From assembly GCA_054600435.1 (NCBI GenBank), contig BAAIJX010000001.1, positions 744,001-808,000 of the forward strand: DNA of 64,000 nt. Reading direction: 5' to 3'. Numbering within the stretch: the first letter of the stretch is position 1; each line of letters starts with the position of its first letter. The position numbers and the translations under genes are program-made. This DNA comes from Neophaeotheca triangularis (Eukaryota). Below, piece by piece: positions 13,351 to 26,194 of the stretch. Below the pieces are notes generated by a model. The model was not told the DNA's origin and did no database searches. It saw only the letters and a program-made list of their open reading frames with translations.

Positions 13351-15478
13351 ATGTCTGCGTCTGAAAAGAGAATAGCGTGAGGCTTCGTTTTGTTCAAATA
13401 TAAAAGACGGCAACTAACTCCGGTATGCTATAGTTGCAACATCTGCCGGCGGAGGAAGACGGCGTGCGACCGGAAAAAGCCACGGTGCAGTCTTTGCGCG
13501 AAGAGCAACTTCAGCTGCGAATATTCCAACCAAGAACGGCAGCCCGGCCTCCGAGCCGGCTATGTATCGAAGCTTGAGGAGCGTATAGGTGAGTTGCGAG
13601 AGTCGGACCATAGTAGGCCCGCCAAGATCAATCACGTCTGACTCCGGGCAGCCCAACTCGAGAGCAGGGTGGATACCGTAGAGGGTCGAGTCTTGGATCC
13701 GACACTGCAATCACCGGGGTTTGGAGGCCCTTCGCCTCCGGTTCACAGTGGCAATCTCGACGATGCCAGCCAGCCGCATGCGCCCAATCCAGTCGCAGGA
13801 GCAGTCACATCTGGACCACCGTTCGACAGCATGTCAGCTTTTGCCGCTATGGATTCGAATGGTCCAATGTCGTTCTCGCCACAAGGGCTTTCGATCAATA
13901 GCAGCCATGCCCAGGAGGCCCTGACGCTCGAGACTGGACCTCTGTCGGATGTAGTAGTATCGGAATTATGTAGCGTCTGGTTCCAGAGCTACCATCGATG
14001 GTTTCCTATCTTACACGAGCCTACGTTCACACAGATCCTCCAAGACGCCCCTCGGCTGTCTCAGTGTTCTCGGAGACTTGTCGTACATGCCATCGTCGCT
14101 GTCACCATTCCGCACTCGCAGCATTTACCACAAGATACGAAGCTAAGGAAACTGTGGCAAGAGAGCCTGGAGGCTAACGTGGTCACGAATTCTATGAATG
14201 CTGCAACTTTGGAGTCTTTACAGGCTTTATTGATACTGTCGGTTCTAAGCTGTGGGGACGGGAGGATAGCCCAAGCGTCGAATGTCTTCGCGATGTGTCG
14301 ACGGTGAGTCCTCAAGAGACATTTCTTGACGAAAGACAGCGTTTACTGACTGTGAAAAGCGTGTCGGCAAGGTTAGGCATAATCGAGCTTTCCATACCCC
14401 AGCGCACAACGACTGGATCGACCCCTATCGCTTTACGCCGACCAGCCTCGTCAAACTACACGTCAGTCGACCAGGAAGAAAAGCTCAGATCCTTCTGGAT
14501 GACGGAGATGCTCGATTCGCTCACGCATCTCGGTGCAAGTTACAGCGTCGGACTGCCTGGAACCCCTCTTGATCCAGTACTCCCATGCAGCGATACAGTG
14601 TGGGGTTTGCCGGAAGACATCATGCGAGAGCAGCAACTGCCGCCATCCCCATATCACTCGGCTTTCTCGCTGTGCATCATCCATGCGGTCAGCGAGTTGC
14701 CGAGAGTGCACGAGTTCTTGCGCAAGCCTGTGAACATGGCAGATTTCGAACAGAGGGACGCATGGCAGAGCGAGGCTCAACGCATTGATGAACGTCTGAC
14801 GACCTGGCGCGATGAATTTGTAAGTCTACCAGCGTCCCAGACCGAAGGCGCTCACACGCATCGGTGGGTTAATTACTGACGGAAGGACAGGTAGCGGCAG
14901 TCTTTCGATTAATCAACGCAGAGTACGCGTACCATGAAAGGCCGGAGATGGATCCTTACACTGTGATGACAAATTGCATCCTGAACTCGGCCGTCATTAC
15001 CCTGCTCCAACGACGATCACCTTGCCCACCTGGTATCGCGCAAGTCGTAGAGCCCTGGGCATTTGCCAGCAATAGATGCGTCTATGCTTGCGAAAACATG
15101 GCTTTCAAGGTCCGGCAAATGGACGAAGATGAGTTGTTGACGTGCCATCCGCACCTAATACCGGCGCTCTTTACTGCAGCACGATTCTACATTGTACACT
15201 CGCGAGCACTTGACGCGGACGTGCCATCAAATCTACACGCATTGGCGTTTGCGCTCCACGTGTGCGGCAAGAGGTGGCCGTTGGCCGATGTCTTCGAAAA
15301 GACAATACGGACTGCGGTCGCCGAGTACCGCTCTCCAGTTGCAACGTCTGGGGTACCTCATGAGTTTTACGATCTGCAAAACTCCGCATTTGACGTTGTG
15401 GACGTGCTCCTTGCATGGGCGGAAGCGGCGAAGCCGGCGTCCGGGCTATCTGTGGAGCCGCATATGGTAGCAACGTGA
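13351..15478 (+). CDS. Zn(II)2Cys6 transcription factor with fungal-specific TF domain
   Basis: MSASEKRIA|CNICRRRKTACDRKKPRCSLCAKSNFSCEY. Middle-homology motifs WFPILHEPTF, SLQALLIL and EEKLRSFW. Several canonical introns. Confidence 0.92.
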
Positions 15479-15817
15479 TTTACAAAAACCCCCCGATGGT
15501 TGGGTCGAGACCTGAAGGCTTCCCCAGCTTTGCCGGTCGTAACTCGACGGCCCGATGAATGCGGCGAATGCCTTAAGAACGATCGGAGGCAGGCCTCCGA
15601 CAGTTCGGGCTTAGTCGGCCCGATCGTCTGCACGCCATAAGCCCAACTCTCTCAGAGCTATACGGTATACGCTGCCTCCCTGATGTGACGCTGTGTGAGA
15701 CTGTCAGCCTTTGATAACGGCTGAAGAAGATTACCATCAGCCGTCCAAACCGACGCTCAAGAGCTCCCAGCAACAGACATTACCCCCTTCTACAAGACAT
15801 CAATCAACGCACTTATC

Positions 15818-16944
15818 ATGCCGGGAGTAGAGACGAAAGGCATTAACCCAATGCCTGCAACAAGGTCCAATGCCAACGGTAATGGAGAGGCATTACGTGA
15901 TGGTGCTGAAAAATTGAGTACGGTACCGACTCACGATTCGCTCTTCAAGCTGGATCAACGCACTGTTGTTTGTACGCATTCGATTCTGCTGGCGAATTTG
16001 CTTAATGCTGACTCCAGCAGTGACGGGTGGCCTAGGGGGGATAGGTGCGGCACTCACGCAGACATTGCTGCTTTCGGGAGCGGATGTGGCTGTCACAGAT
16101 ATGCAGCAAGACGCGGACGATGGTATCTGGCGTAAGCACCGGCGTCGACCAACACACGGTCCTCCTTCGCTGACAAGTCGAAGACTGCGCTCTCGAGACC
16201 GCCAAACGTCAGGGAGCCAGGCTATCATATACCCAATGCGACGTGACGAATGAAGACAGCGTTACCGATGCTTTCGCTAAGGTCGAAAGCAAAGCAAGAT
16301 ATCCGCTGAGAGGGCTGGTCACTCTCGCGGGTATCTCTGGCAGAAGCCCGGCGGTCGAATATCCCGCAGCGGCTTTCCGCAAGATCATGGAGGTCAACGT
16401 CATGGGAACCTTTCTTTGCGCACAGGCGGCTGCTCGCGTTATGCAACGCCAGAATGTGGGTGGAAGTATGGGTACGTGGTGACCACAGTACACCAGAAAT
16501 ACTGTGCGCGGCTGATCAGAGTCCAGTCTTGTTCGCAAGCATGTCGGGATCGAACGTCAACCGAGGTGAGTCCAACTAGACCTCTCAAGGCATGACATCT
16601 TAATATCTAACCACTGCAAAGGAGTCGACACTTGCGCTTACAACACCTCGAAATCGGCCGTATTGCAGATGGCTCGTAATCTGGCTGCCGAATGGGGAAA
16701 TGATGGTGTTCACCCACCTATCAGGGTCAACACCATTTCGCCAGGCTACATCAACACGCCGATGACCATGCCAACCTTCAATAGCGTGCCGGGCTTGAAG
16801 GACTTGTGGGAAGGCGGCAACATGCTGGGGAGATTGTCCGACATGGCAGAGCATCAGTCCTCTGTCGTTTATCTGCTTGCCGACGGGAGCTCCTATGTCA
16901 CTGCTGCAGACTTGAAGTCAGACGGTGGACACTGTGCTTGGTAG
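15818..16944 (+). CDS. Short-chain dehydrogenase/reductase (D-arabinitol 2-dehydrogenase/sorbose reductase-like), multi-exon
   Basis: Rossmann motif VTGGLGGIG, VNVMGTF, ASMSGS, catalytic YNTSKS (YxxxK), RVNTISPGYINTPMT and DGGHCAW C-terminus. Confidence 0.88.
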
Positions 16945-17726
16945 AGCCATAGCGTTTGTAGAGTCCGAAGGCGCCGAGATGTTTGGACCGTGGCCGCCAT
17001 GGCGATGATTCTACCGTGGCTCTGCTGTATACTTGGCAATTTCGCGACACCACGTGCGCTAAGCTCGTTGGATGTGTATCCGCAACAGTGGGAATCGACT
17101 CTCGCTGCTGAACTCCGGTAGCGGTACGTTGTTTCTCGCGCCGGAACTGCCAGCTGACATTCTTAACTTGAGCGAATAGCGCTCGTGTCGCCCGCGCTAA
17201 CACCTGGCCAGCTTATTGGGGGTGGTAAACCTCGATGTGTGAGAGAGTACAAGGGTGACAGTACACCTGTACGTCTGGCGGAGAGCGGATGTCGTCCGAG
17301 ACCAGGAGAGAAACTGGAAGGTGTGCCGAATTGACCTGCGTATCCGGAGTAAGCCACGCGAACGCGGAGACGGCTCGGCATGGACATGGCCCGGCACAGC
17401 AAGAAACATCCCCCGACGTCTCTCTCCGCACCCACAGCTTGGCGGATCCCCTGGACTGAACAATCACATTGAACGTACGTAGGGGTGCTTCCATTTCAAA
17501 CAAACCGCTCATTCGTCGGCGGCATCATGTCCATCGGAAAGCGCTCGCCGGGAGCATCATACTCCTCCGTCCGCTCCGGTGATGCTGATGTGGCCGATCA
17601 TAGACCCATAGAAGCGATGAAGGTTGCCTCTCCCTGGCATTGATAAAGGGCAGTGGTCGTGCTGTAAGTCTGTGTTGAGCAACTAACTCCCCCCCCAACT
17701 GCCACTACTCTCCTATCCTTCTCACA

Positions 17727-19644
17727 ATGGCCGCGGAAACCGCAGTCGTCAGCCCCCACGACATTGCCCTTCCGACCTTCACCAAGTCAGGAGTCACAGT
17801 ACAACCCAAACATGCCAGCCCGATGGAGATTGCAAAGAGATGGCTCTCGGCTTTCGAGGGTTCAATATCCACCAAGGACCCCAAAGCTGTCGTCAACCAC
17901 ATCCACGAAGATGGCTGGTGGCGTGACCACCTGGGCATCACCTGGGACTTCCGCACCTTGAGGGGCCACAACGCCATCATCAAATTCCTTGAGCCCACTC
18001 TAGGCAAGGCCAATCTCCACAACTTCAAGATCCGTGAGCAAGGCAAGTTCGCGCCCAACGCACAATCACCGATCGAGGGCCTTGACTGGATTGAACTCAT
18101 GTTTTCCTTTGAGAATGAGGTCGGTTCTGGCAAGGGCATGGCACGCCTTGTAGTCCTGCCGAACGGTCAGCCCAAGGCTCATATGGTCTATACCGCGCTG
18201 CAAGATCTCACAGACCACAAGGAAGCTGCCTGGTGGAACCGTCCCCATGGCGGCAACAACTCTCTGAAAGGCGGAGCTGTTGAAGGCAACTGGTACGAAC
18301 GCAGGCAACGCAAAAAGGAGTTTCTGGATGAGAAGCCGCAGGTTCTACTGATTGGTGCCGGTCAGTCTGGACTCAACCTCGCTGCCCGCCTCCAAACCAT
18401 GAACATGTCCGTTTTGCTCGTAGACAAGAACGAGCGCGTGGGAGACAACTGGCGCCACCGTTATCGGACCCTCGTAACCCACGACCCAGTGCAATACACT
18501 CACTTATCCTACATGAAATTCCCGGAGAATTGGCCTCTATTCACGCCAAAAGACAAACTTGCAGACTGGTTCGAAACCTACGCTAGCTCGATGGAGTTGA
18601 ACATCTGGCTTTCGTCCCAAGTCTCGAACGCCAAATTCCACGAAGACACTCAGTCCTGGACAGTCGATATCACGCGTGGAGATGGCTCCCGCCGGACCGT
18701 GAAGCCAGCTCAAGTCGTCATGTGCACCGGTCACGCGGGCGAGCCCAAGATCCCTTCATTCCCTGGCCAATCTTCCTTCAAAGGCACAGTCTACCACGGT
18801 AGCCAGCACGTGGATGCAACCTACCAGGGCGATGTGCAGGGCAAAAAGGTCGTGGTGGTGGGTACTGGCAACTCTGGCCACGACATTGCACAAAACTACT
18901 ACGAAAATGGCTCCCAAGTCACAATGATTCAGCGAGCAGGCACCTACGTCATCTCTGCCAAAACAGGCCTCTTCATGCTGCACGAGGGTATGTACGACGA
19001 AGGCGGACCACCGACCGAAGACGCCGACATTGCTGGCCAATCTCTACCCATCCCGGTTCAGTTCGCTCTCAACGTTGGCGGCACCAACAAGATCCGCGAA
19101 GCCGAGAAAGCCCAGCTTGCGGGCCTCGAGAAGGTTGGGTTCAAGCTCGACTTCGGCCACGACGGCAGCGGTATCTACCGCAAGTATGTGACGCGCGGAG
19201 GCGGCTACTACGTCGACGTCGGGTGCAGCCAGCTGCTCATCGATGGCAAGATCAAGCTCGAGCAGAGCCCGGATGGTCTGCAGGGTTTCGATGAGAACAA
19301 CCTGATCCTCGCCGATGGCCGGAAGCTCGAGGCTGACATTGTTGTCCTCGCTACGGGATACGACAATATGAGGACAACTTTGAGGAAGACACTGGGTGAT
19401 AAGATCGCCGACAGGGCCAAAGACGTCTGGGACCTCGACGAAGAGGGTAAGTGAGAATCTTTGAAGACGGGTCTGGAATAGCATCATGCTGACTTTGCTC
19501 GTTGTAGGTGAGGTCAATACCATGTGGCGACCCTCTGGGCACCCCAAGCTTTGGTTCATGGGAGGCTCGCTGGCGCTTTGCAGAATTAACTCGAGATTCG
19601 TGGCGCTGCAAATCAAGGCCGAGGAGGAGGGATTGACGTGGTAG
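17727..19644 (+). CDS. Flavin-containing monooxygenase with long N-terminal extension (type II FMO/YUCCA-related), 2 exons
   Basis: GAGQSG (FAD), GDNWRHRY, FKGTVYHGSQH, GTGNSG (NAD(P)H) and LATGY. Intron 19447-19507; ends WRPSGHPKLWFMGG..EEEGLTW*. Confidence 0.92.
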
Positions 19645-20817
19645 AGAGTGACCGGGAGGCGTCTGGACATTAGATGATTTGGGGTAATGTATTTTGCAAG
19701 GCTCTGGCGTAATTGACGGTAGCGTACATGATAAAATTTCATGACATGAATTTGAAGCTCTACTGTCTCCTAGAAAGGGATGTATTCGTGGTCATAAACA
19801 ACCCCAGGCGATGTATGTCCGTCATGTTTGGCCTGAGAGAGACGGCACAATGCCAGCCCACGGGATAGACCGTCGCGATCCTCAAGGCCGTCTCTAATGA
19901 CGTGGGCGACTCTCCGGATCCCATGGTGGGCAGCCGCCGCGTCTCTCCTACTGCCTTCCCCAATTCCCGCGGACGGTTCCGGAGGTTGAGTGCGGCAGTT
20001 ACTCAAACCGGAAGTATTATTGCTGTACCAACTTTTCGAACTCGGACGTTTGCTGCGGGTATACCGCTAAGGATGCCCTTCGCCCACTAGGCCAAATGCG
20101 CCACCATTACCTGCTTGCAAAGGGAAGGGCGGAGGAAAAGAATACCACAAGGACCAAGCGTACATCAGCTGCAATGGTTCGCCTGGGAGGAACTGGAACA
20201 AGTGTGCAGGCATCGGCAAGCCTTGTTTGTTTACTGACATTGAGAGCTCGCGGTCATAGTAAGGCGATCTCTGTGATTCCTGCTACAACGCAGTGCCAAA
20301 GAAGTTAAGATGCAATAGCGACCGTAACGGCTGTAAACATTGTATAGCGCTCAATATTCATTTACTCTGGAGCTGCGACCTCGACGATAAGCCTGAACGA
20401 CTGCTATTCGACGAAAGTGTCTCCCGCCGGTAGGAGGCGGCAAGGCTGCCAGTTCAACGGGGTGTTTGTAAAAGCGGTCTGTGGCATGGCGTAGACCCCG
20501 TGGTTCATCTGAATTAGAAGCTGGGCGCAGCCATCATCCGGGGCCGTACCTTTGCTCTTGATAGCAACAGCATCAACAGTCTTTCTGCTTCTAATATAGG
20601 CCAATGAAGACGCATGAGCTACGTTGGCGACCACATGCATGACCGTTTCTGCGTCCCTTTCCTATGCGGCATACACCAACTCAGACCGATGTGCTTCTTG
20701 AGCAGGAAGATTACGGATTCAGGGACTCGAGCGCAGTGAATATCGACGTGGCGCAGGGAGGTGTATTGCAGGTTATCAAACTCTTGCATCGTTCCGGAAA
20801 AGCGCTCTACGCAGCTC

Positions 20818-21846
20818 TCACACCCCTGGCATTCCCAGGATCCTTCTTAACCCGGGCACGGCTCTCGGCAAGAAGTAGACGAGGTACAAGGTAGCAAAAG
20901 CCACTAGTAAACCCGTCAGCTTCTCGAACCAGGTGTGGAAGTAGGCGGCAGTCATGAGTAGCATCCACCAACTCAGCCCAGCAACACCCAGAGCAGCTTT
21001 CACACCCACACCCAATTCCTTGGGCACCTCCACGTCCCCAGCTCGCTCGTCAGACTCCACAGCGGCACTCCTTGTCAAACCATCAGACATGAGGATCCTT
21101 CGCGCCTCTCTCAAACCTTCCATGCGCAAGACAGCCGGCAGCGATTCCAACCACAACATAGCACTACCCAGGATAAGCAAGAAAACATGCCCACTGATAT
21201 CGTGCCCACCCTTCCACCTCCCGCCAATAACCTTGCAAGCCGCATGCGTCAAAGCCTCCCTCGCATCTCCCATCTGCTCCCTCTGCATCTCACTGTCCGG
21301 GTCTTGCGAGTAGATGATCTCGCACTGCCCACCAGTCCACCTAAAGCCGCGATCCACAATCGGCGGGCCGAAGAACCACTGCGTCACCGCTATCCAGACG
21401 ACAGTGATGGCCGCATACCGTGCTAGAGCTTGCACACGGCGTTTCGTCAGCGTCGGATGGAGCGGGCGGCCGAGGGAAGAGTGCGAGAAAACGAAAAGCA
21501 AAAAGGCGAGCGTAGTCCAGAACCAGCCGATCTTGACAAAATAGAGGTTGAAGATGTTGCTCTTTTTAGCGAAGTAGCTGGGCGCTTGGGAGGGGTCGTG
21601 GGATTGTGAGTGCGCTTGGTACGGGCTGTTGCGGTTGGTGGCGTTGATGACGCTGAAGATGGAGCCGAGGAGGAGGGTTCCTGGGTAGATTGCTAGTAGG
21701 ATGAACTCGGCGGGCGTGGGTAGCCAGGGGGAGCCAGAAGGGGGTGGGGTTTCCAGGTCTTTAGCGCTCAAGGTGGGTTTGGGTGTGCCATTTGACGGCG
21801 TGGAAGGGGGCGGAGGGAATTCCACCTTGGTGCGACGGGTCGTCAT
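20818..21846 (-). CDS. SCS3: FIT-family acyl-CoA diphosphatase / fat storage-inducing protein
   Basis: Motifs YFAKKSNIFNLYFVKIGWFWT, TQWFFGPPIVDR, GHDISGHVFLL and TAAYFHTWFEK. Intronless. Confidence 0.92.
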   Translation of the reverse strand: MTTRRTKVEFPPPPSTPSNGTPKPTLSAKDLETPPPSGSPWLPTPAEFILLAIYPGTLLLGSIFSVINATNRNSPYQAHSQSHDPSQAPSYFAKKSNIFNLYFVKIGWFWTTLAFLLFVFSHSSLGRPLHPTLTKRRVQALARYAAITVVWIAVTQWFFGPPIVDRGFRWTGGQCEIIYSQDPDSEMQREQMGDAREALTHAACKVIGGRWKGGHDISGHVFLLILGSAMLWLESLPAVLRMEGLREARRILMSDGLTRSAAVESDERAGDVEVPKELGVGVKAALGVAGLSWWMLLMTAAYFHTWFEKLTGLLVAFATLYLVYFLPRAVPGLRRILGMPGV

Positions 21847-22514
21847 GTTGATGGGTGGAAGATGGAACGAGGATATGTTGGAAGCCCCGGCTATTTCATG
21901 TTCGTACTAAGTTAGGTTGCCTGTTGCGACGTGTTTATTATTTGCGAGGCAACCTTGGAAGGTCGGATCTTTTGTTTACGGCAGGTTTTCTGAAAGCCAA
22001 AAGTGACGTCGCAAGTGGCTGTGCGAGTGGCGCTTACTTACCTAGGTACTGCTGCCAGCTGTGCCTACATAGGTAAGGTGTAGGAGGTAAGGTATTGAAG
22101 ATCGACGAAGGGACAGCACTGAGAACAAGCCTGATCAGTCCGTCACTTTGCAAACAATATCTGATCGTTGTAATATAGCAATAGGTGTAGATTGGTATGT
22201 CGAAGGTGTTGAGGAAGAGGTGTCGTCTGTAAATCATCACGTGAGTTGGCGAAACCGGGAATCACCCGCGGTTATCTATGATTGATAAGACGGAAACGCG
22301 ACTACTGCGCAAGAGAGACGCGCTCGCTCGAGTCCATAATATCTCTCAATCCGCGAGGGACAGCATTCTTCCTCTCCTACCTTGCATTCCCGCAGACATT
22401 GAACTACCACTTTGCGGGTGACTTGGCGAAGCTGTGATCACCCTTCCCGGTCTACCTCAACAATCATTCGCCCGACTATCTCCTTTACAAACGGATTTCT
22501 CGCATACCTGCATC

Positions 22515-23636
22515 ATGGCCGCCCATCACGTACATACCGCTCGCGATGAGAATCGCCTACTACCAAACGAGGCCAGGCACTCGGCCGCGAACGTGTCTAG
22601 CATATCTCAGCGAAGCCCGCTTGCAGATGTCTCTCCCAATGCTAAAGCTCGCGTTCCTTACGCCAATCTAAAGTCCAACAAGCCCATGGCAGGGAGTCCG
22701 CTGAAACGAAGCTTCACAGCCATGACCGAGGGCGGAGGGGGGCTCAAGTACCTCAAACGGAGGCGTCTGTCGGCAGAAGAAACACTTAGTGAACAGGTGG
22801 ACGGTTCCGCGGATCGCGAGAGGCAGAGCATGGGTAGGGGGTCGGAGATGGATGCTGCTGCTGCTGGGCGTTTCAGACCAAGCATGTCGCATGCAGAGGG
22901 GGTATGTTGAATTGCTCTTATTCCATCATCGAGGAGAGGTCTAATCGTCGAATGCCAGCCCTACTACCATCAGCCGATCACCAAAGCCCCTTCCCCATCA
23001 CCAACCGAACCGAACACACCACCCTCCGATCATAGCAACCAAAACTCTCAAGGCTCCTCTGGAGATCGGGCATCCTTCTCGAGCTTGATCAACTACGATC
23101 CTTCCTCGCAGGCCCACTTCGCGTCGCAACAGCCGCAACCGCAACCCCAGCAAGCTTCGGGCCTGGTTTTCAAGAGGCTGTCACATGCCGAGACGCTCAT
23201 GTTGCGGTTGAGAGTGGCCATGTACAAAGTACGAACAAACCAGATCGACGTTCCATTGGAAGAGTTGAGGCTAGAGGGCGAGGACAGGCCCTGGTCGGCA
23301 CCCAGTGCGGAGGAGGTTGTGGCAGCGAGAAGGAGAGAGACATATCTCGACGAGCAAGGCCCCGTAGAGCCTGCGCCGAGACTGCTACCCGCACCATCAT
23401 TGAGACCGACAGCATACAGTAGTCGTTTTGTTTACGACGAGCGAATGGTACCCAGCTCGCCGCCAGTTATGGCAGGACACGACAGAACGATTACGCATGG
23501 AGGCTCTGACGCTACTCCAAGGACGGTGCGACGGAATGAGTGGGAGAGGAGTAGTCCGCCAGAGGAGGACGAGGCTAGTAGAGCCGTCAAAGGTAGCGTG
23601 GCCGAAGGTCTGCTGGGTCTGAGGAATTCTTCATGA
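22515..23636 (+). CDS. Whi5/Nrm1-family G1/S transcriptional corepressor-like protein, 2 exons
   Basis: GTB/Whi5-like motif LMLRLRVAMYKVRTNQ, N-terminal D-box-like RSPLADVSPN, basic KRRR and many SP/TP sites. Intron ~22902-22958. Confidence 0.75.
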
Positions 23637-23793
23637 CTTGAGTGCAAAGCATCTGAAGCGACGGCGTTCTTGCGGAGAGATTAAGCATTGTCGGGAGCAA
23701 TGGGGAGCAAAGGAGAGGCAAGGTTTGTTTGCTGGCATATCAGTGATTCTTTCCGCATGGAATTGGCTGGTCCGCCAAACGAGACGACAAGTC

Positions 23794-23834
23794 TGCTTCT
23801 AGCATCATCTTGCTTCTAGCATCATCTTGCTTCT
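23794..23834. repeat. 17-bp tandem duplication TGCTTCTAGCATCATCT x2.4
   Basis: Read directly from the intergenic sequence. Confidence 0.9.
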
Positions 23835-24129
23835 TTGAAATGATCGTGCTCTTTCAGTCTTCATTTGAGCACTACAAAATACCCTCGTCAAATACTGTGC
23901 TCCTCTTGCTTCGCTCTTCTTCACTTCACCTCTAATACGCTAGCCCAATACAGTAAGCGTTCCTGCTTAAGCGAGATCTCGCGACTCTAACCGATCATGA
24001 CGTCGATCAACAACAATGCGGCTCCCAGATCTAGAACTTCCTTCGCGTACGAACAGAAGCCATTCTTCAATCTGACAACACCAGCAAAAGCTGCGATACC
24101 TAGCAATGATCTTGCAACCACCAGTCGGC

Positions 24130-25300
24130 ATGGCTATGCCAGTCATCAAGACTTTGGAAGACTGTACCGACTTCAGCAAAACAGTTGTCCCTTTCATCCC
24201 ACAGCTGTACGACCTCCCTTACCAAATCTGGAACAACATTGCCGACCCTCAAGGCCTCCTACAACTCTATGTCAACACCAACCCTGTAATCAGCGCTTTT
24301 GCATTCTCGTTGGCTCTGGCTCCAATCTTCCTAATCGTGTCCGAAATCAACAGAAATTACAGCCAAGTCGATCGGGTGTGGAGCATACTGCCTACTACCT
24401 ACATTGCACACTATGACGCGTGGGCCAGGCTCAGTGGTCTGCCGTCGCAGAGGCTGGACAACATGCTGATCTTTGGCTGCGTCTGGAGTGCGAGGCTCAC
24501 ATTCAACTATTGGAGGAAGGGAGGATACAGCATTGGTAGCGAGGACTACAGGTGGGAGGTTTTGAGGCAGAAGATTCACCCTGTGCTCTTCTTCATCTTC
24601 AACGTACTCTTCATCTCGACGGCGCAGAGTGTATGTCACCTACCTCTTCACCTGACCCAGAGTACCTCAACTAACAGTGTATATTCAGATCCTCCTCTTC
24701 CTCATCATAACCCCAGCCTACCCACTCATCTTAGCTGCGCGCCTTCACCCCGAAATGTTCTGGGTCGACACCATGTTTCCTCGCTTCCTCATCGGCCTAG
24801 TCCTTCTCGAGTACTTCGCCGACGGCCAACAATGGACCTACCAGAACGCAAAGCAAGCCTACCAATCCACCGCCAAAGTCCCCGAAGGCTACACTCGCGC
24901 CCAGCTGGAGCGTGGCTTCCTAACAACAGGCCTCTGGCGCTACTCCCGTCACCCCAACTTCGCCGCCGAGCAGGCCATCTGGTTGAGCTTGTACCAATGG
25001 GCCTGCTACGAGTGCGAAACCTACTACAATTGGACTTTTGTCGGCGCCTTTGGCTATCTGGCCCTGTTCCAGGCGAGCACATGGTTTACTGAGTTGATCA
25101 CGTCGGGCAAATACGCTGAGTACGGGATTTACCAGGAGAGAGTGGGCAAGTTCGTGCCGCAGCTTGTCGGTGAGAAGTGGGACGAGGAATGGATGGATAA
25201 GGAGGGCCCGAAGATTCAGGACCGTGTTAAGCAAAGAGAAAAGGAAGTCTTTGGGGGTTCGAAGGGTGCGAAGGGTGCCAAGGTTGCGAAGGCCAGGTGA
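24130..25300 (+). CDS. DUF1295 family membrane protein (steroid 5-alpha-reductase-like), 2 exons
   Basis: Motifs NYSQVDRVWSILP, RLTFNYWRKGGY..GSEDYRW and GFLTTGLWRYSRHPNFAAEQ. Intron 24631-24688. Confidence 0.88.
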
Positions 25301-26194
25301 GAGGGGGTTGGTGGTCTTGAAGGCTACGTTCTCTGGACGTTAGCCATTGCTGAGAAGGGCCGCAATGACAGAATGCGGTGCTTGCACGGGGAATCCACCG
25401 GCGAATAGTGAGCTCAACCGTGTTGAGGCAGGCATGTCCCGACTGTCTAGAGATAGCAAATCGACGCGAACAAGATCCATAGAGCAGTCAGTGTACGAGC
25501 CGTGCTCAGAATGCCGGGAACGTCTCAACTCTCGAGCAGCTAGCTCATGAGCGTCGAAGGCTTCCCTGGATGAGTGTCGGCAGACATGCCCATTCCCAAG
25601 CCGCGACACCTACCCCGCAGAGCGAAAATCCGCTACAACTGCCCTTTCACCTGCGCGCCTAAGCCCAAAACGACTTGCCGAACTTCACCTCTCCAGCCCC
25701 CGCCTTCTCCCCCATGGGCAAGATCAGGGCAAAATCGGGGCACAGATTGTTCAATTGGGTCTGGTCAAACAAGCCTCCCTGCGCAATGACTCAATACGAG
25801 CTTCTCGCCAGCGGGTTTCGGTCGTTAGTCTCGCTTACCTTCCTCAAGCTCCACCGTATCAGCCTCTTCCGGCTGCAGTAGGTCAGTACCTGGAGGAATT
25901 GCGGACGGTACCAGACCCCTTGGATTAGACTTTCGCGTGAGTCGAGGGCGAGCTGTGACACTTGAGGATACTCTAGCTGTAAGTTACTTCCCAGTGCGGA
26001 AGTTTTCGCGGGCTCCGGTCGGAACACGACCGCAGGTCGATCATTATTATGGCACATGTCCATGAAGTATGGTGGGCCACTGGGTCGAGAGCATGCTCAC
26101 ATAAGTACCTGCCATCCCGCAGTCTCTTCGTTTTATTCCCTTTCGCGGTTCCCCTTCATGTTCAAGCGGAATTGACTTTGACCAGCTCCTAATC

